From Tricharina praecox (lineage: Eukaryota), in NCBI RefSeq assembly GCF_024521635.1, contig NW_026250415.1, forward strand, positions 496,001-560,000: 64,000 bases of DNA. Direction: 5' to 3'. The translations under genes were made by a program, and so were the position numbers. The notes beneath the pieces were generated by a model. The model was not told where the DNA came from and ran no database searches. It saw only the letters and a list, made by a program, of their open reading frames with translations. Positions 12,328 through 23,354 of this stretch are shown here, piece after piece. Position 1 is the stretch's first letter, and each line of letters starts with the position of its first letter.

Positions 12328-12879
12328 CCGGCATTGCTTTTATGGAGTTCGGGGAAGGCGTTTCTTTAGTCATATGATGTATGTACGGCTCTTTGTTGGG
12401 CTCTGTCACGACTATTTGGTTTTGCTGTCGGTAGAAGTGTATTGATAGACTGTATGGATACTTTTGGTTCCTTTGTTATGAGAATGGAGCAGGATTTCCT
12501 TAGCATACAAGTCTTGTTTCGTTCGCTTTTTTTGGTTCTCATCACCTTTTCTGGAAGCTCGCAGTGGTTGTTGTAACAGTACCTAGTAATTCTTATTTTA
12601 TTGAATGCCTCTAAGATGAGTAGACCGAAGTGAATGACACTTCAAAGGATAGGTATCATAAAATGACCAGTTTTGGTGAGCAGAACGCGCAATTCTCCGT
12701 TGAAAGTAAAAAGCCTTGTAAGTTGTTATTCCTTTGAAGTGTTCCAAGCGCGCGATCCTGGTCTCGTATCGGATTGACCAGTAGGCGGAGTCAAGTGGGA
12801 TGATCGGACGGACGAAAAAGTGTCATATGCAGGAGTTAGCGAGTAGAAAAATGCGCATTCACCAGGCCGAAGGCCTGAA

Positions 12880-12912
12880 TCTGAAGGCTGAAGGCTGAAG
12901 GCTGAAGGCTGA
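12880..12912. repeat. (CTGAAGG)n heptamer tandem repeat
   Basis: About four consecutive CTGAAGG units. Confidence 0.8.
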
Positions 12913-14167
12913 CCAATCAGATTCGACGTCCACCCACTGCATACTTCCCCGTCGCACTGAAATGTGATTTTCTTTCGCGATCTCAAGGATCTACTCGCTT
13001 ATTCCTACCGGCACCTCCGTATGACACGATGCATACAAATATATTTAGACGTCGTGAGGCTCCTCCTCATTCCACTCGGGTTCCGCACACCGCAGTGGTG
13101 CGCAAAAGAGTAGCTACATACATAACCTGGGGCATTCCTACGATACAGTGGCGCGGCATGGCCTGCTCCCCGCCGGCTGCGGAGCCCCCGATGGGGGTGG
13201 GGGCGGAGGCGGGGGAGGAGGGAATACGCACTCGAAAGCCCGCAGCTGAGCTGAGCTGAGCTGCTATTGGTTACTCATTTGTGGAGTAGATGCTGACATC
13301 GCAATACCTGCATTGTGTCTCCCGCAAGCACTTTCCACGAAATATCTATTTCGTAGGGCAATGACCACCAGTTCTCGGACGAATTTTTTTATATTTTCAG
13401 CTTGAGGGTCCATTCAACTTCCACCTGCTCTACCCATTCAGCTCCCTTTTTGTGGAATTTACTTCCAAGTTTCATGCGATATCACTCTGATGTTCACCAC
13501 CACTGCCGCCGGCGAATCCGAAGCCACGGGAGCAGCAGGCTGCAGCGTCGATTTTCGTTTCGCCAGGGAATGGAGAAAAATCCCATACTTCCACCGCTTC
13601 TCCGGTGAGGCTCGATGGCGATTCTCTTGGAACCCACAGTCAGTCACACCGTATCACCCGGCCCGTTCCTCCTGCAGGGCTGCAGTGGGGGGTTGTGTCT
13701 TTACTATTACTACACAGGCACATGCCTAAAATAATAACGCCCTGGCGTCGGCCACGTCTTAGGAGTACACACATCCCAGAAGTCTAGATGCCTGTCCGCC
13801 GATGTCCTATCGCGTCGGCAAGACGAAGAGTGACTACAGAAGTGAGTCACTTGTGTATCATGCGTGATCACGCGTTACGAAAAACGTGATTACGCATTGT
13901 GAAAAAACGTGAGCTACCTACCTAAGGTAAGTACGCAAGGTTCTGAGCAGCGATTCGATGTCATACGTGCTTGGATCGAGACGAGCTAATTGGCATGTGA
14001 TCCATGACTTCCCGGATGGCCTGAAAAGTGCCAGTCACCATGGTACCGTACACAAGCCAGTCAGTGCCGTCACCTGTCGTCGTTCGAATCGATAGACTCC
14101 CTCTCGGCTAGAGGCGTGGTTTCTCATAACGTGTAATGCTATAGCAAGGGGCGAGCACCCCGGGTAA

Positions 14168-14533
14168 TGAGCGATCCTAAAAGGTGATTAGAAGAAAAGA
14201 GTGATTAATTGTGAGTGTGTGTGTGTGTCTAAGATAAGAACAAGACAAGAAAAATACAAGAACAATACAAGAACAAGACAACGACAAGACAAGAACAATA
14301 CAAGAACAAGACAACGACAAGACAGGAACAATACAAGAATAAGACAACGACAAGACAAGGACAATACAAGGACAAGACAAAAACAATTCAAGAACAAATC
14401 AACGTTGCCCCTCCGTTATGTGCTTGACCCGGGTTACACCGCTCCGCCTCTCCAGTCAGCTCTCACAACACCAATATCCCTCCACACCCGCTCTAACAAC
14501 ACACGGAGGCCCCTCTACTCCCACTCTCCCTCA
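14168..14533 (-). repeat. Putative 3' LTR containing an expanded 33-bp minisatellite and (GT)n
   Basis: + strand TGAGCGATCCTAAAAGGTGATTAGAAG matches TGAGAGACCCGAAACGGGATGAGAA at 15974; terminal inverted repeat TGAG(G/C)GA. Confidence 0.65.
14230..14400. repeat. 33-bp minisatellite (AACAATACAAGAACAAGACAACGACAAGACAAG), about 4-5 units
   Basis: 11-aa periodicity NNTRTRQRQDK in the ORF track. Confidence 0.9.
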
Positions 14534-14598
14534 GCTATCTCCCCTCCCTTCAGCAAGAGGACCCCTCTCAAATGATGAGTCTAAGTTTGTGCTTGAAT

Positions 14599-15950
14599 CT
14601 ATGCTCGAGTCTGATCCCCACTTGGAACTGCGGTCCAAGACTCGAGGCGCCGGGTGAATGAGATGGCTTCATTGACCCTCGATTCTCCGCTGACATCCCA
14701 TACCCTTGACGCTAATACGCATGCCCGCGTAGTATTATTCCTCAAGCCACTGGCGAACGTCTTGGCCAAAATGTTTAGCAAGCTTGGATTTCCTTTGCAA
14801 GCGTAGATCAGTCGATGATACGTCTCGTGTACTGGGCAATGGACTCTCCACGCTCCTGCTTCAGACGCAAAATCTTCAACAAGGATTCGCCCTCGCTCTG
14901 CTCCTCGGATTGGTATTGCTCTTGTAAGGCCGTGGCTAGCCTGTCGAAGTCCCCGGTGATAGCTGGATCGAGGCGCCGGGCGAATGAGATGGCTTTATCG
15001 ACCCTGGATTGTCTGCTGGCATCCAATGCCCCTGACACCACCATGCATAGCTGTATATCCATATCTCTCAAGCCACTGGCGAAAGTCTTGGCCAGAAAGT
15101 CTAGATAGTCTGGAATTCCTTTGTAGGCGTCGGCTAGTTGACGGGTACGTCTTGTGTACTGGGTAATGGACTCCCCATGCTTCTGCTTCAGACGCGAGAT
15201 CTCCCGCAAGTCTACGTACTCGTTCTGCTTCTTCTCGGTTCGATATCGCTCTTATAAGGCCGTGATAAGCCTGTCGAAGTCCCCGTTGATAGCTGGATCG
15301 AGGCCTCGGACGAAGCGGCAAGCGTTGGACTTGAGGTTGCAAGTTAGAGGGAGGAGCTTTGCCGTGGACCGATCCGCCGGTTCCGTGAAGACTCCCTCTT
15401 CCGCCTTCGCAACTAAGGCTACATGCACGAGAAACTCCTCGACACTCTCCTCGGCATCTCCTCCAAAAGGGCGAATCCTGATAGAGGTCCTGCGGGGAGG
15501 CATTGCGGCACGAGTACGAGCTAACCGGTTGAGATCGACTTCCCCCCCCTCCTCCAAAGATAGCCCTTCGATAGGGATGTGGTGACTCTCCGGTCCCTCT
15601 GGGCTGCCAGAGCTCTTGTTTTCTGGTGTGGGCGGCAGGGCTGAGTGTCCCGAGGTGGGGGTATTGGATGACATCCTCGTGGGGGCTCGTGCGGGGGGTC
15701 GGATTTTAGTCGAGGACTTTGACGATGAATCACCTCCAACCGAGAGATGCTGATGCTGACGCCTCTGATCTATGACTCGACGTGCGTCTTCGTAGCGGCG
15801 AAGGTCTTGGAGATGTCGCTCGTAGGGCTGAGATTCGTATGGATTGGATGCCGTCAGCTATGCCAGCTTCCTCCGTTTGCGTGCTTCCGCCTCTGTACCG
15901 TTTCACTCGATGATACTGATAGGGAGGGGGGTGTGGTTTTCGTCAATCAC
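14599..15950 (-). pseudogene. Retrotransposon Gag capsid-like pseudogene with a 330-bp internal tandem duplication
   Basis: PFGGDAEESVEEFL, L..A.RFVRGL, LKQ..GESI.QY.RR (major-homology-region-like), FASGLR; in-frame stops at 15903-05, 15858-60 and 15252-54; 1-nt deletion near 14817. Confidence 0.8.
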
Positions 15951-15973
15951 ACTAAGGTATGAGGCACACCAGC

Positions 15974-16195
15974 TGAGAGACCCGAAACGGGATGAGAAAA
16001 AAACGGGATCAATTGGAAAGTGAGGTCTATGATGATGATCAGAAGAAAGCAAGACGGACAGGAAGAACAGAAATGGTGACAACAGAAACAATTCAACGTT
16101 TTGCCGGCCGCATCGGGTCTGATCCGCATCCCACCTCCATAACACAGGTCCGACCAGGTCCCAACAAGGTCTCTCCTCCCAATTGCAAGGTCTCA
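15974..16195 (-). repeat. Putative 5' LTR
   Basis: Collinear blocks shared with 14168-14533: AAACAATTCAA, TCAACGTT(TT)GCC, CA(C/T)AACAC, TCT(A/C)CTCCCA, terminal CTCA. Confidence 0.6.
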
Positions 16196-17481
16196 CCAAG
16201 GTCTGATCTCTCTGGAGCTCACCGATGACGCCCACGTGATCCGGTTTATGGGAAAAGTGCACATCAGATCGCCACGGTCTGATGGAACATCTCATGACCG
16301 ATCTAGTGAAGTGAATCGGTCGGTGCATGTAACTGCGAACGAGGACTCAGGAGGCCATTCAGTCTGGATACTACGCTGCGGACGTGCACGTATGGGGCTA
16401 GGTAGGTACATGTAGATCCTCCATCCGCTAGCGAAAAGGTCGGCGTATATGTATATGCATGATGTACATACTGTGGGATTCGGGAGGCCAGACCCGATTC
16501 GGTTGCCTCGACGTTGAAATGCCCTCCTCCGTTGCTACTTTTGTGTTCGTCTCGTCGGTCGGTCTCTACATATCACACACGAGACATCAGACATTATCAC
16601 CACCATCAGGCATTAGCATCGCCGAGATACTTTGAGGTTGCTCGGCCTGAAGAACATAGGCTGCTTTCTTTTCTTGTTGCTTTCTAGTCAATTCAATCAG
16701 TCTCACCAGTTGCCCGTACCCATCGCAGGTCTCTTAATACTCAGCGAAACCAACCGGCTATGTACGGTAGGCGACGCAGCAATTGCTGCATAGCCGTTAT
16801 TCGACTCCGCCCATCATGGAGGATCCCCTACAGAAAAGCCGATCACCGATGCCAAAGCATGCCTACGGTATACGCCGAACTATGGAGTTGTTCCGAAACA
16901 TTGATGTCTATATGTAGGTGTCCCCGGCGGCGTCCAATCGATACTTCACGAGGCATTCGCTGACGACGCGGGATGGCGGGGTGGCGGCAGTCGCACCGGT
17001 TGCCCCCCACACGCCCCGGCGCTCCGACTAGCCATTGGCTCGTTTAACTATTAAGCACCCTACACTAGCGACCATGCTCTGACGACCTCGCTTCTGATTG
17101 GCCGCTTCAACGTCAGCAACTCGTCGCTCGCGAATCACCCCCGATTCCACCGACGTCGCTAGAGAACTGATGTCGGATTATCACTTGCCGCAGGGACTGG
17201 TGGTTGTTGTGATTGGCCTCGAGCTGTTCACTTCCAGGCTCGCCTCGCAGTAGGCGATTGCGGCAGCCGTTGATCGCAGCAATAGTAACCAAAATAAGAA
17301 AGAAAGAAGAGCAACAGCGGTTATCGATATGTCCCGCGGCCGTTGAGCTTCGGGATTTTGAGGAAGACCCCCCACAGAGGTGGAGAGGACATACCGGGAG
17401 CAATAAAGCTTCATGAAGCCCTTCGCCGTTGGTTGCGAGTCCTAGTTGTGGAGTCGGCTCTGCATCGCAGTTTTATCCGAT

Positions 17482-20183
17482 ATGCCTGCAGTAACACCTT
17501 TCCTCCCCTTCGAGCTCGATGTCGTCTTCCTCGGCGGCGTCCTCTTTGTTGCTTCGGTGGCTGTCTATGTTGTCGCGTGCTACGGTGGCCCTTACGCCAT
17601 CTTTGCCTACAACTGCTTCTTCAAACCCATCGCCGGTTCTTCCTCGGAAAAAGGTTCGTCCAGCAGACAACAGGATGCCCTCGAAAGCTTCTACAAGGGT
17701 CAGGCGGCGATATACGATTCCACTCGCGCCATCCTATTGCAAGGTCGCGAGGAGATGATGGCACTGGCGGCGGCGCAGTTACGGCTGAAGAACAAGCGTG
17801 AAGGTTTCCGGAAAAGAGTTTGGGTTGATGTATGTAGGCCTCGAAACTCTGACTGGTTATTAGTTTACACGGGCTGAAAATTTTAGATTGGTGGAGGTAC
17901 TGGATGGAACATCGAGCAGCTCGACAAGCACATCTCCGTACGGGACAGTTTCTCCGATGTTTACCTCGTGGATTTTTCACCCAGCCTCTGCGCAGTGGCG
18001 CGAGAACGCTTCGAGAGACTCGGCTGGAAGAATGTCCACATTGTGTGTATGGATGCGCGGTCATTCCGATTGGGCCCGGAAGATGGGAAATCGGAGCGGA
18101 AGGCGGACTGGATCACCATGAGCTACTCGCTGAGCATGATCCCGGAGTACGCATACTCCCATCCACCCTGGCTGCGAGCGTGGCAGCGGTACTGATAAAA
18201 CCTCTACGACAGCTACTACTCGGTAGTCGACTCTCTAACGAACCTCCTCTCGCCAACCGGTATCATCAGTGTCGCCGATTTCTACGTACAGTCCTCGACG
18301 AATGCTAGCTTCAAGAACACATATGCCGGTGGCATCGCCGGAAGAGGCGTGAACTGGTTTTCGCGGCAGTTCTGGCGCATATGGTTCGAGTTCGACCGAG
18401 TCAACCTCGATGAGGGCCGGCGGGACTACCTCGAATACAGATTCGGAACCATATTGAGCGTGAACGAGAGGTACGTCTGGTTCGGGACTCGCAACATGAA
18501 TGGAGACTGACGGTGGGTTCCAGAAACGCCCTTCTCGGTGGCATCCCATACTACGTCTGGGTCGGATGTCCCAAGGCCACCTTCCCCAGTTCGGATATTC
18601 TGGCAAAGGTCGACGCTGCGGCTACCAATTCCCCATACCTCTCCCCTGTGCGTCACGAAGAAGCCCGCAGAGATGCAGTCGCCGCAGCCAACACCGCTAC
18701 CGCCCTCCAGGTTCGCTCCAAAGGGTTTGAAGCCGCAATCCTAAACATTTCTGTCGGACTTCCTCTCCCCTCGTTCTTCTACCAGAACCATCATTTCAGA
18801 ATCTACTACAACGAGCTTCTATCTAAACACACCCAATTCAACAACTCCTACATTTACGCCTTCACCTGGGAAGACGCACGGGTGGACCTCCGCCTCCTCA
18901 AGCTCACATCCGACGATGTAGTCCTGGCCATCACCTCTGCAGGCGACAACCTCCTATCCTACATTTGCGATGCGTCGCCCAAGCGCGTTCACGCGGTCGA
19001 CCTCAACCCTTCCCAGAACCACCTTCTCGAACTAAAACTTGCGTGTTTTTCCGCCGCGCTGCCGTACGGCGACATCTGGAGCATTTTCAGCGAGGGCCGG
19101 CACGCGGGGTTCCGAAAACTCCTGCTATCGACACTGTCGCCGCACCTGAGTTCGCAGGCATTCCAGTTCTGGCTCGACCGTGCGGCGGTGTTCTCATCCG
19201 CCGGAGGACTGTACGAAACCGGCCAGTCCGGCATCGCCCTGCGCGCGACGAAGTGGCTGTTCCGCGTCTTTGGCGTGGCCGGCGATGTAAGACGCATGTG
19301 CGAGGCGACTACGCTCAACGAACAGCTCGAGATCTGGCGGACTAGGGTGCGCCCGGTTATTCTCAGCTGGTGGGTCTCCTGGGGCATCATCGGCAACGAG
19401 CGGTTCCTGTGGAAAGCGCTGGGCGTGCCCGCGAACCAGAGGAATATGATCCTCGAGGACTACTTCACGCGCAGCGGACGCACCGGTGCGAAGGATGGCG
19501 GCCACGCCATGTGGGAATACGTGGTCAACACACTCGATCCCGTGGTGGAGGATAGTCTGCTCGGGAAGGACAACTACTTCTACCTCCTGTGTCTGCTGGG
19601 CAGATACACCAAGTCCTCGCACCCGGCGTATCTGGAACCAAAGAACTACAAGAAGCTCACGGCGTCCGGCGCGTTCTCGGGCGTCAGGATCCACACCGAC
19701 GAGATCAACGAAGTGCTGGCACGGCTGAAGCCCGGGACTCTGACGGTTGCGGTCCGTGGCTCCCCTTCCAATCCTCCAATCCATGGGCGGCCTCGCTGAT
19801 AATCCGCAGGTGGTCATGGACAGTATGGACTGGTTCGATACCGACGGCGTAGAGGCACGGTCACAGATCCGGCGGCTCAACGCGTCTATGAAGGTTGGCG
19901 GGCGTGTGCTGCTGCGCAGTGCCGGCCTCGCCCCTTGGTACACTAAGGTATTCGACGAGGAGGGGTTCTCGGCGAAAAGAGTGGGCACTAGGACCTCGGG
20001 GCGCTGCATCGACAGGTGTGTCATATCCTTCCTCCCGACTCCCTTCGAGCTCACCTGGGCTAACTTTGTGCGCGCGAAAATAGGGTGAACATGTATGCGT
20101 CGACGTGGATATGCACCAAGCGGAGCGATCTGGTGGAGGAAGGGAGGGAACGGAAAGGGAGTGTCGAGATGCTGCAGCTATAG
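17482..20183 (+). CDS. BTA1: Betaine lipid (DGTS) synthase: SAM methyltransferase plus DUF3419 domain
   Basis: QQDALESFYKGQA.IYD.TR, WVD|IGGGTG, YIYAFTWED, LAITSAGDN, VDLNPSQNHLLELK, VMDSMDWF, DRVNMYAS; introns 17830-17886, 18147-18212, 18471-18523, 19752-19809, 20016-20083. Confidence 0.95.
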
Positions 20184-20572
20184 AGTGGTTGTAACTTGTG
20201 TACCTTTTTTTTGCTTGGATCCCAGAACAAACAGAGATTGAAGGGATGATTGCAAGGAGCAGGGAGCGAAGGATATCCATGATGATATTGAAGGACCCAA
20301 TATAACTACATATGTACTGACGGTACCCTGCTGCCGAATCTGCCGACTCTGCCGCCGCGGACAGATGTCACTGTCGATGGGGGTCTAGGCGCAGCATCCA
20401 CCTTTCGCCTTGTCGGTGGGTACCTGAATATCGCGATATTACCCCGCCGGATCCCGTGGTTCCGTGGAGATCTGATCTACGGCTAGGCCAGCTGAGGGCG
20501 TAGGACGGCAGGTACATAATATGGCCGCCTACCAGGTACCATACTGGCAATACCGCGACCCATCCACTGTGC

Positions 20573-20697
20573 CAGTGGTCTGCATAACCAGTCCGGTGAC
20601 CGGTCTGGACGGTAGTCTTGTTCGGACGGACTGGACTGGAAAATTATATCAGTATTGAGGACGGCAGTGGGATAGTCGGTCCAGTGCAGAATCACTG
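20573..20697. mobile_element. 125-bp MITE-like element
   Basis: Imperfect TIRs CAGTGGTCTGCA / reverse complement CAGTGATTCTGCA; left end resembles the reverse-complemented end at 7140 (CAGTGTTCTACATAGACCAGTCC); no TSD. Confidence 0.4.
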
Positions 20698-21107
20698 GAC
20701 CGCAATTCTGGATGATGGGTGAGTGACGAGTGAGTAGTTACTGAGCCGCGCTGGAAAGAGTGCGGAACGCCAGAACCCGCGCCGCCGCGCGTGTCTTTAG
20801 CGCAGCGGAGCAGACACCACGCCACCTATCCAACCGCCGATCGCCGATGTAGGATGGCCCATGCGTGATCCCGATATATCAGCAGCGTAGCTGCAGTACG
20901 CAGGAATGTATGTATAGTACATATGCCTGAAGAGTTGGTAACCATGTAGGTAGAATACCTACATACATAAATACATACATGCAGAGGATGATTGGAATCC
21001 CAATTCTCGCGGCCGGCGGCAACCGGGGTCCGGGGAAGACATGGTCAAGACGGAGGAAATGCTGGAGGCTTTGAAGTTTGAATTGACGGTCGAGGGGGAG
21101 TGGGGGG

Positions 21108-21500
21108 TGGGGGTTGTTGCTTTGGAGTCGTAGGGAGTTTGAATGTTGTCTGTCTGCTTGGGTTTGTTTTTCAAGAAGTGAAATGCGGAGTGCGAAGTGC
21201 GAATTGATGTCCCATGATAGACACCTATTATATGTAGGAAGACAAAAAAACAAGGCGATCCGATCATCCGACAGTGGACACAGACTTACTCCGGAGTCTG
21301 GAGAAGCGAAAGTGATCGCCCGGAAGCGGAGATGACGTGCATGCATGCATTGACCTCGCCCCGCCCTGTGCGGATTCGGACTCTTCAGCGATGACGGAGT
21401 GGATTCGGTTCGAGTCGTTGCGTTCGCATTGATGGGCGGACGGGACGGACGAAGGCATGAATTGACGAGTCGCGACACGGCATGAATGGCTGGGGTGCTA
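21108..21500. repeat. Left arm of a ~400-bp inverted repeat
   Basis: Reverse complement matches 23355-23759, including the identical block TGCATGCATGCACGTCATCTCCGCTTCCGGGCGATCACTTTCGCTTCTCC. Confidence 0.95.
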
Positions 21501-22332
21501 TTCAGCTGCGGTAGTTGACTTGATTTTCCATAGTGGATACGGTACTCACCCAAGTACATACCGTGGAGTACTTATTTGCGCCCCTTAAGCGCATGCAGTT
21601 TCTCCCACCAGCCATTAAGATTCAGCTCTCCCAGCCACCCCATGGCATGGGCCATGACGGCGATTCGGCGAATGGGCGAATGGGTTCCAATCCGACTTCC
21701 AAGTGCCAAGCACCAGGCTCCAGCCCAGCCGGATCTACTTTTCTGTCGACACGAGGCACAACACAACACATCCCACCGTCTCCAGTCCACTGCCCACTGT
21801 CTCAGACATCTGTGATTCCGTTCGCATCGACTTCCGGGGAGGTGGCACATGCTCCCACGGACGCTATTCTTGTTCTGTACCCCTGAGTCGGATCCCCGCC
21901 GTGTCCCCACCGCCGAATCACATCTCCCGCCGAGAGGCCGACGATCCCACCACTGCAAACTGCAGGATGGTCGACAGGGGTCGACGCTGGCTCGACGCTG
22001 GCTCGGCAAGCCGTGTGTGTGTGGTTTGCATCACCGACGACGTCCGTTCGTATCGAGCAGCAGCAGCAGCAACAGCAAGTTAGCGGCGTCCGTCCGTTCG
22101 TATTGAATGCGGTAGCTTCGCCGCCTAACTACCGTACCAAGTATGTAAGACATCTGCGCTGGCTGGCTGGAGCCTGAAGGCTGGTGTAGATATATAACCC
22201 CACTGCCATCACCATTGCCACCACTCACCCTCCACCGCCCACCGTCACCATCACCCCCACCTACCACCTACCACCTACCACCTATCACCTACCACCTACC
22301 ATCCCCTCCACCCTCCACCCCCCAAAATAATA

Positions 22333-22981
22333 ATGAAGACCACCTCCCTCCTCTCCATCCTCTTCAGCGCGCTCGCCGTCGCGCACCCCCTCGCCGCCTC
22401 CCCCCCCTCCCCCCCTTCCGACGGCTGCTTCGTAACGCAAGAGCTGCGGTCGACGCTCTCAGGCACATTCACACTGCAGCTGCAGCCACACCCCTTCCAC
22501 ACCTCCACCTCCCCCGCCCCCTCCCCCTCCCCCGCATGGACCTCCGCGCAGCCCAGCTTCGTCAAGTCCGCGGACGGCTGGGAGTACGGCGTGCACGCCA
22601 AGGGCGCAAAGATGCGGCTCACGCTGACGGACGGGGTGCTGGCGAACGAGAAGCGCGGTGTCGCGGTTACGCTGGAGCCTAGGGGCCGGCCGAGGTGGCT
22701 AAGGGTCGCGTTTAGCAAGAATACGGCAAATGAGCACCGCGGCGTCTATCAGGCGCAGAGGATGTGCATTGGTGGAAAGGGCGTTACCACGGTGGGGCCG
22801 AATGAGGGGAGAGGTATGTTGCGTTCCGTGATAATGAGTGGGATGAGCGTTGGCTGACAGTATGACAGTGTTCTGTGTCGTCGCCGATGAGCGCAGGAAG
22901 GGCGACTGGACGCTGTGGACGAAGCCTAGCGATCAGGAGGACGAGTGTGTGGTCGTCGCGGCGGTCGTGAAGATGGCGTAA
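22333..22981 (+). CDS. Small secreted protein with four cysteines, function unknown
   Basis: Signal peptide MKTTSLLSILFSALAVAHP; intron 22814-22868 (GTATGT..GCTGAC..CAG); exon 2 VFCVVADERRKGDWTLWTKPSDQEDECVVVAAVVKMA*; TATATAA near 22191. Confidence 0.8.
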
Positions 22982-23354
22982 GCTACTTGGGATTTATCAG
23001 GGTTTATTGGGATCGGTACTTAATATTAATGTTAAATTGTTAATCGATTAACTATGGGATTACATATGGGATTATTTCGAACAACGAGAGAAAATATGTT
23101 GGGTGCTCTCAGAAGTCAGAATAGCGCCCATGTGCCCATTTGTGCGGGTGCGAACACCAGCGAGACTTGGAAGAGATCCTGGACGGTGGAAGCTCTATTC
23201 CGTCGTTCGCAGAGATATCGCTCACCGAGCCCGAGCCCAAACCCGAACCCGAATAGGTACACACAAGCTATCCGTCCGACCACTCAATCCTATTCCGCTT
23301 GCACTTATGTAGAACAAGCCGGGCCGATGCACTCTATAGTGCATACATCCCAGT

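Larger units (their letters stand above)
14168..16195 (-). mobile_element. Non-autonomous gag-only LTR retroelement (Ty3/gypsy-like gag)
   Basis: Degenerate direct repeats 15974-16195 and 14168-14533 bounded by TGAG..CTCA; PBS-like TGGTGTGCCTCA 2 nt inside the 5' LTR; PPT-like GAAGGGAGGGGAGA just before the 3' LTR; gag-like frame between them; no pol and no TSD. Confidence 0.7.

Noticed and set aside
14230-14400. 33-bp periodic array as CRISPR-like
   Set aside because: No unique spacers, low complexity and a eukaryotic context
16233-16238. CACGTG as a Pho4/NUC-1 site for BTA1
   Set aside because: A single hexamer 1.25 kb upstream beside an LTR; expected by chance
21390-21416. Pol III A-box-like TGACGGAGTGG and B-box-like GGTTCGAGTC in the repeat arm (tRNA or SINE?)
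   Set aside because: Boxes are only ~4 nt apart (~14 nt in the other arm) and there is no cloverleaf
20879-21559. 226-aa - strand ORF resembling the ORF at 23299
   Set aside because: The similarity only reflects the DNA inverted repeat, and indels shift the frame between copies
3562-23000. Secondary-metabolite cluster (oxidase, TFs, methyltransferase)
   Set aside because: No backbone enzyme, and BTA1 belongs to primary lipid metabolism
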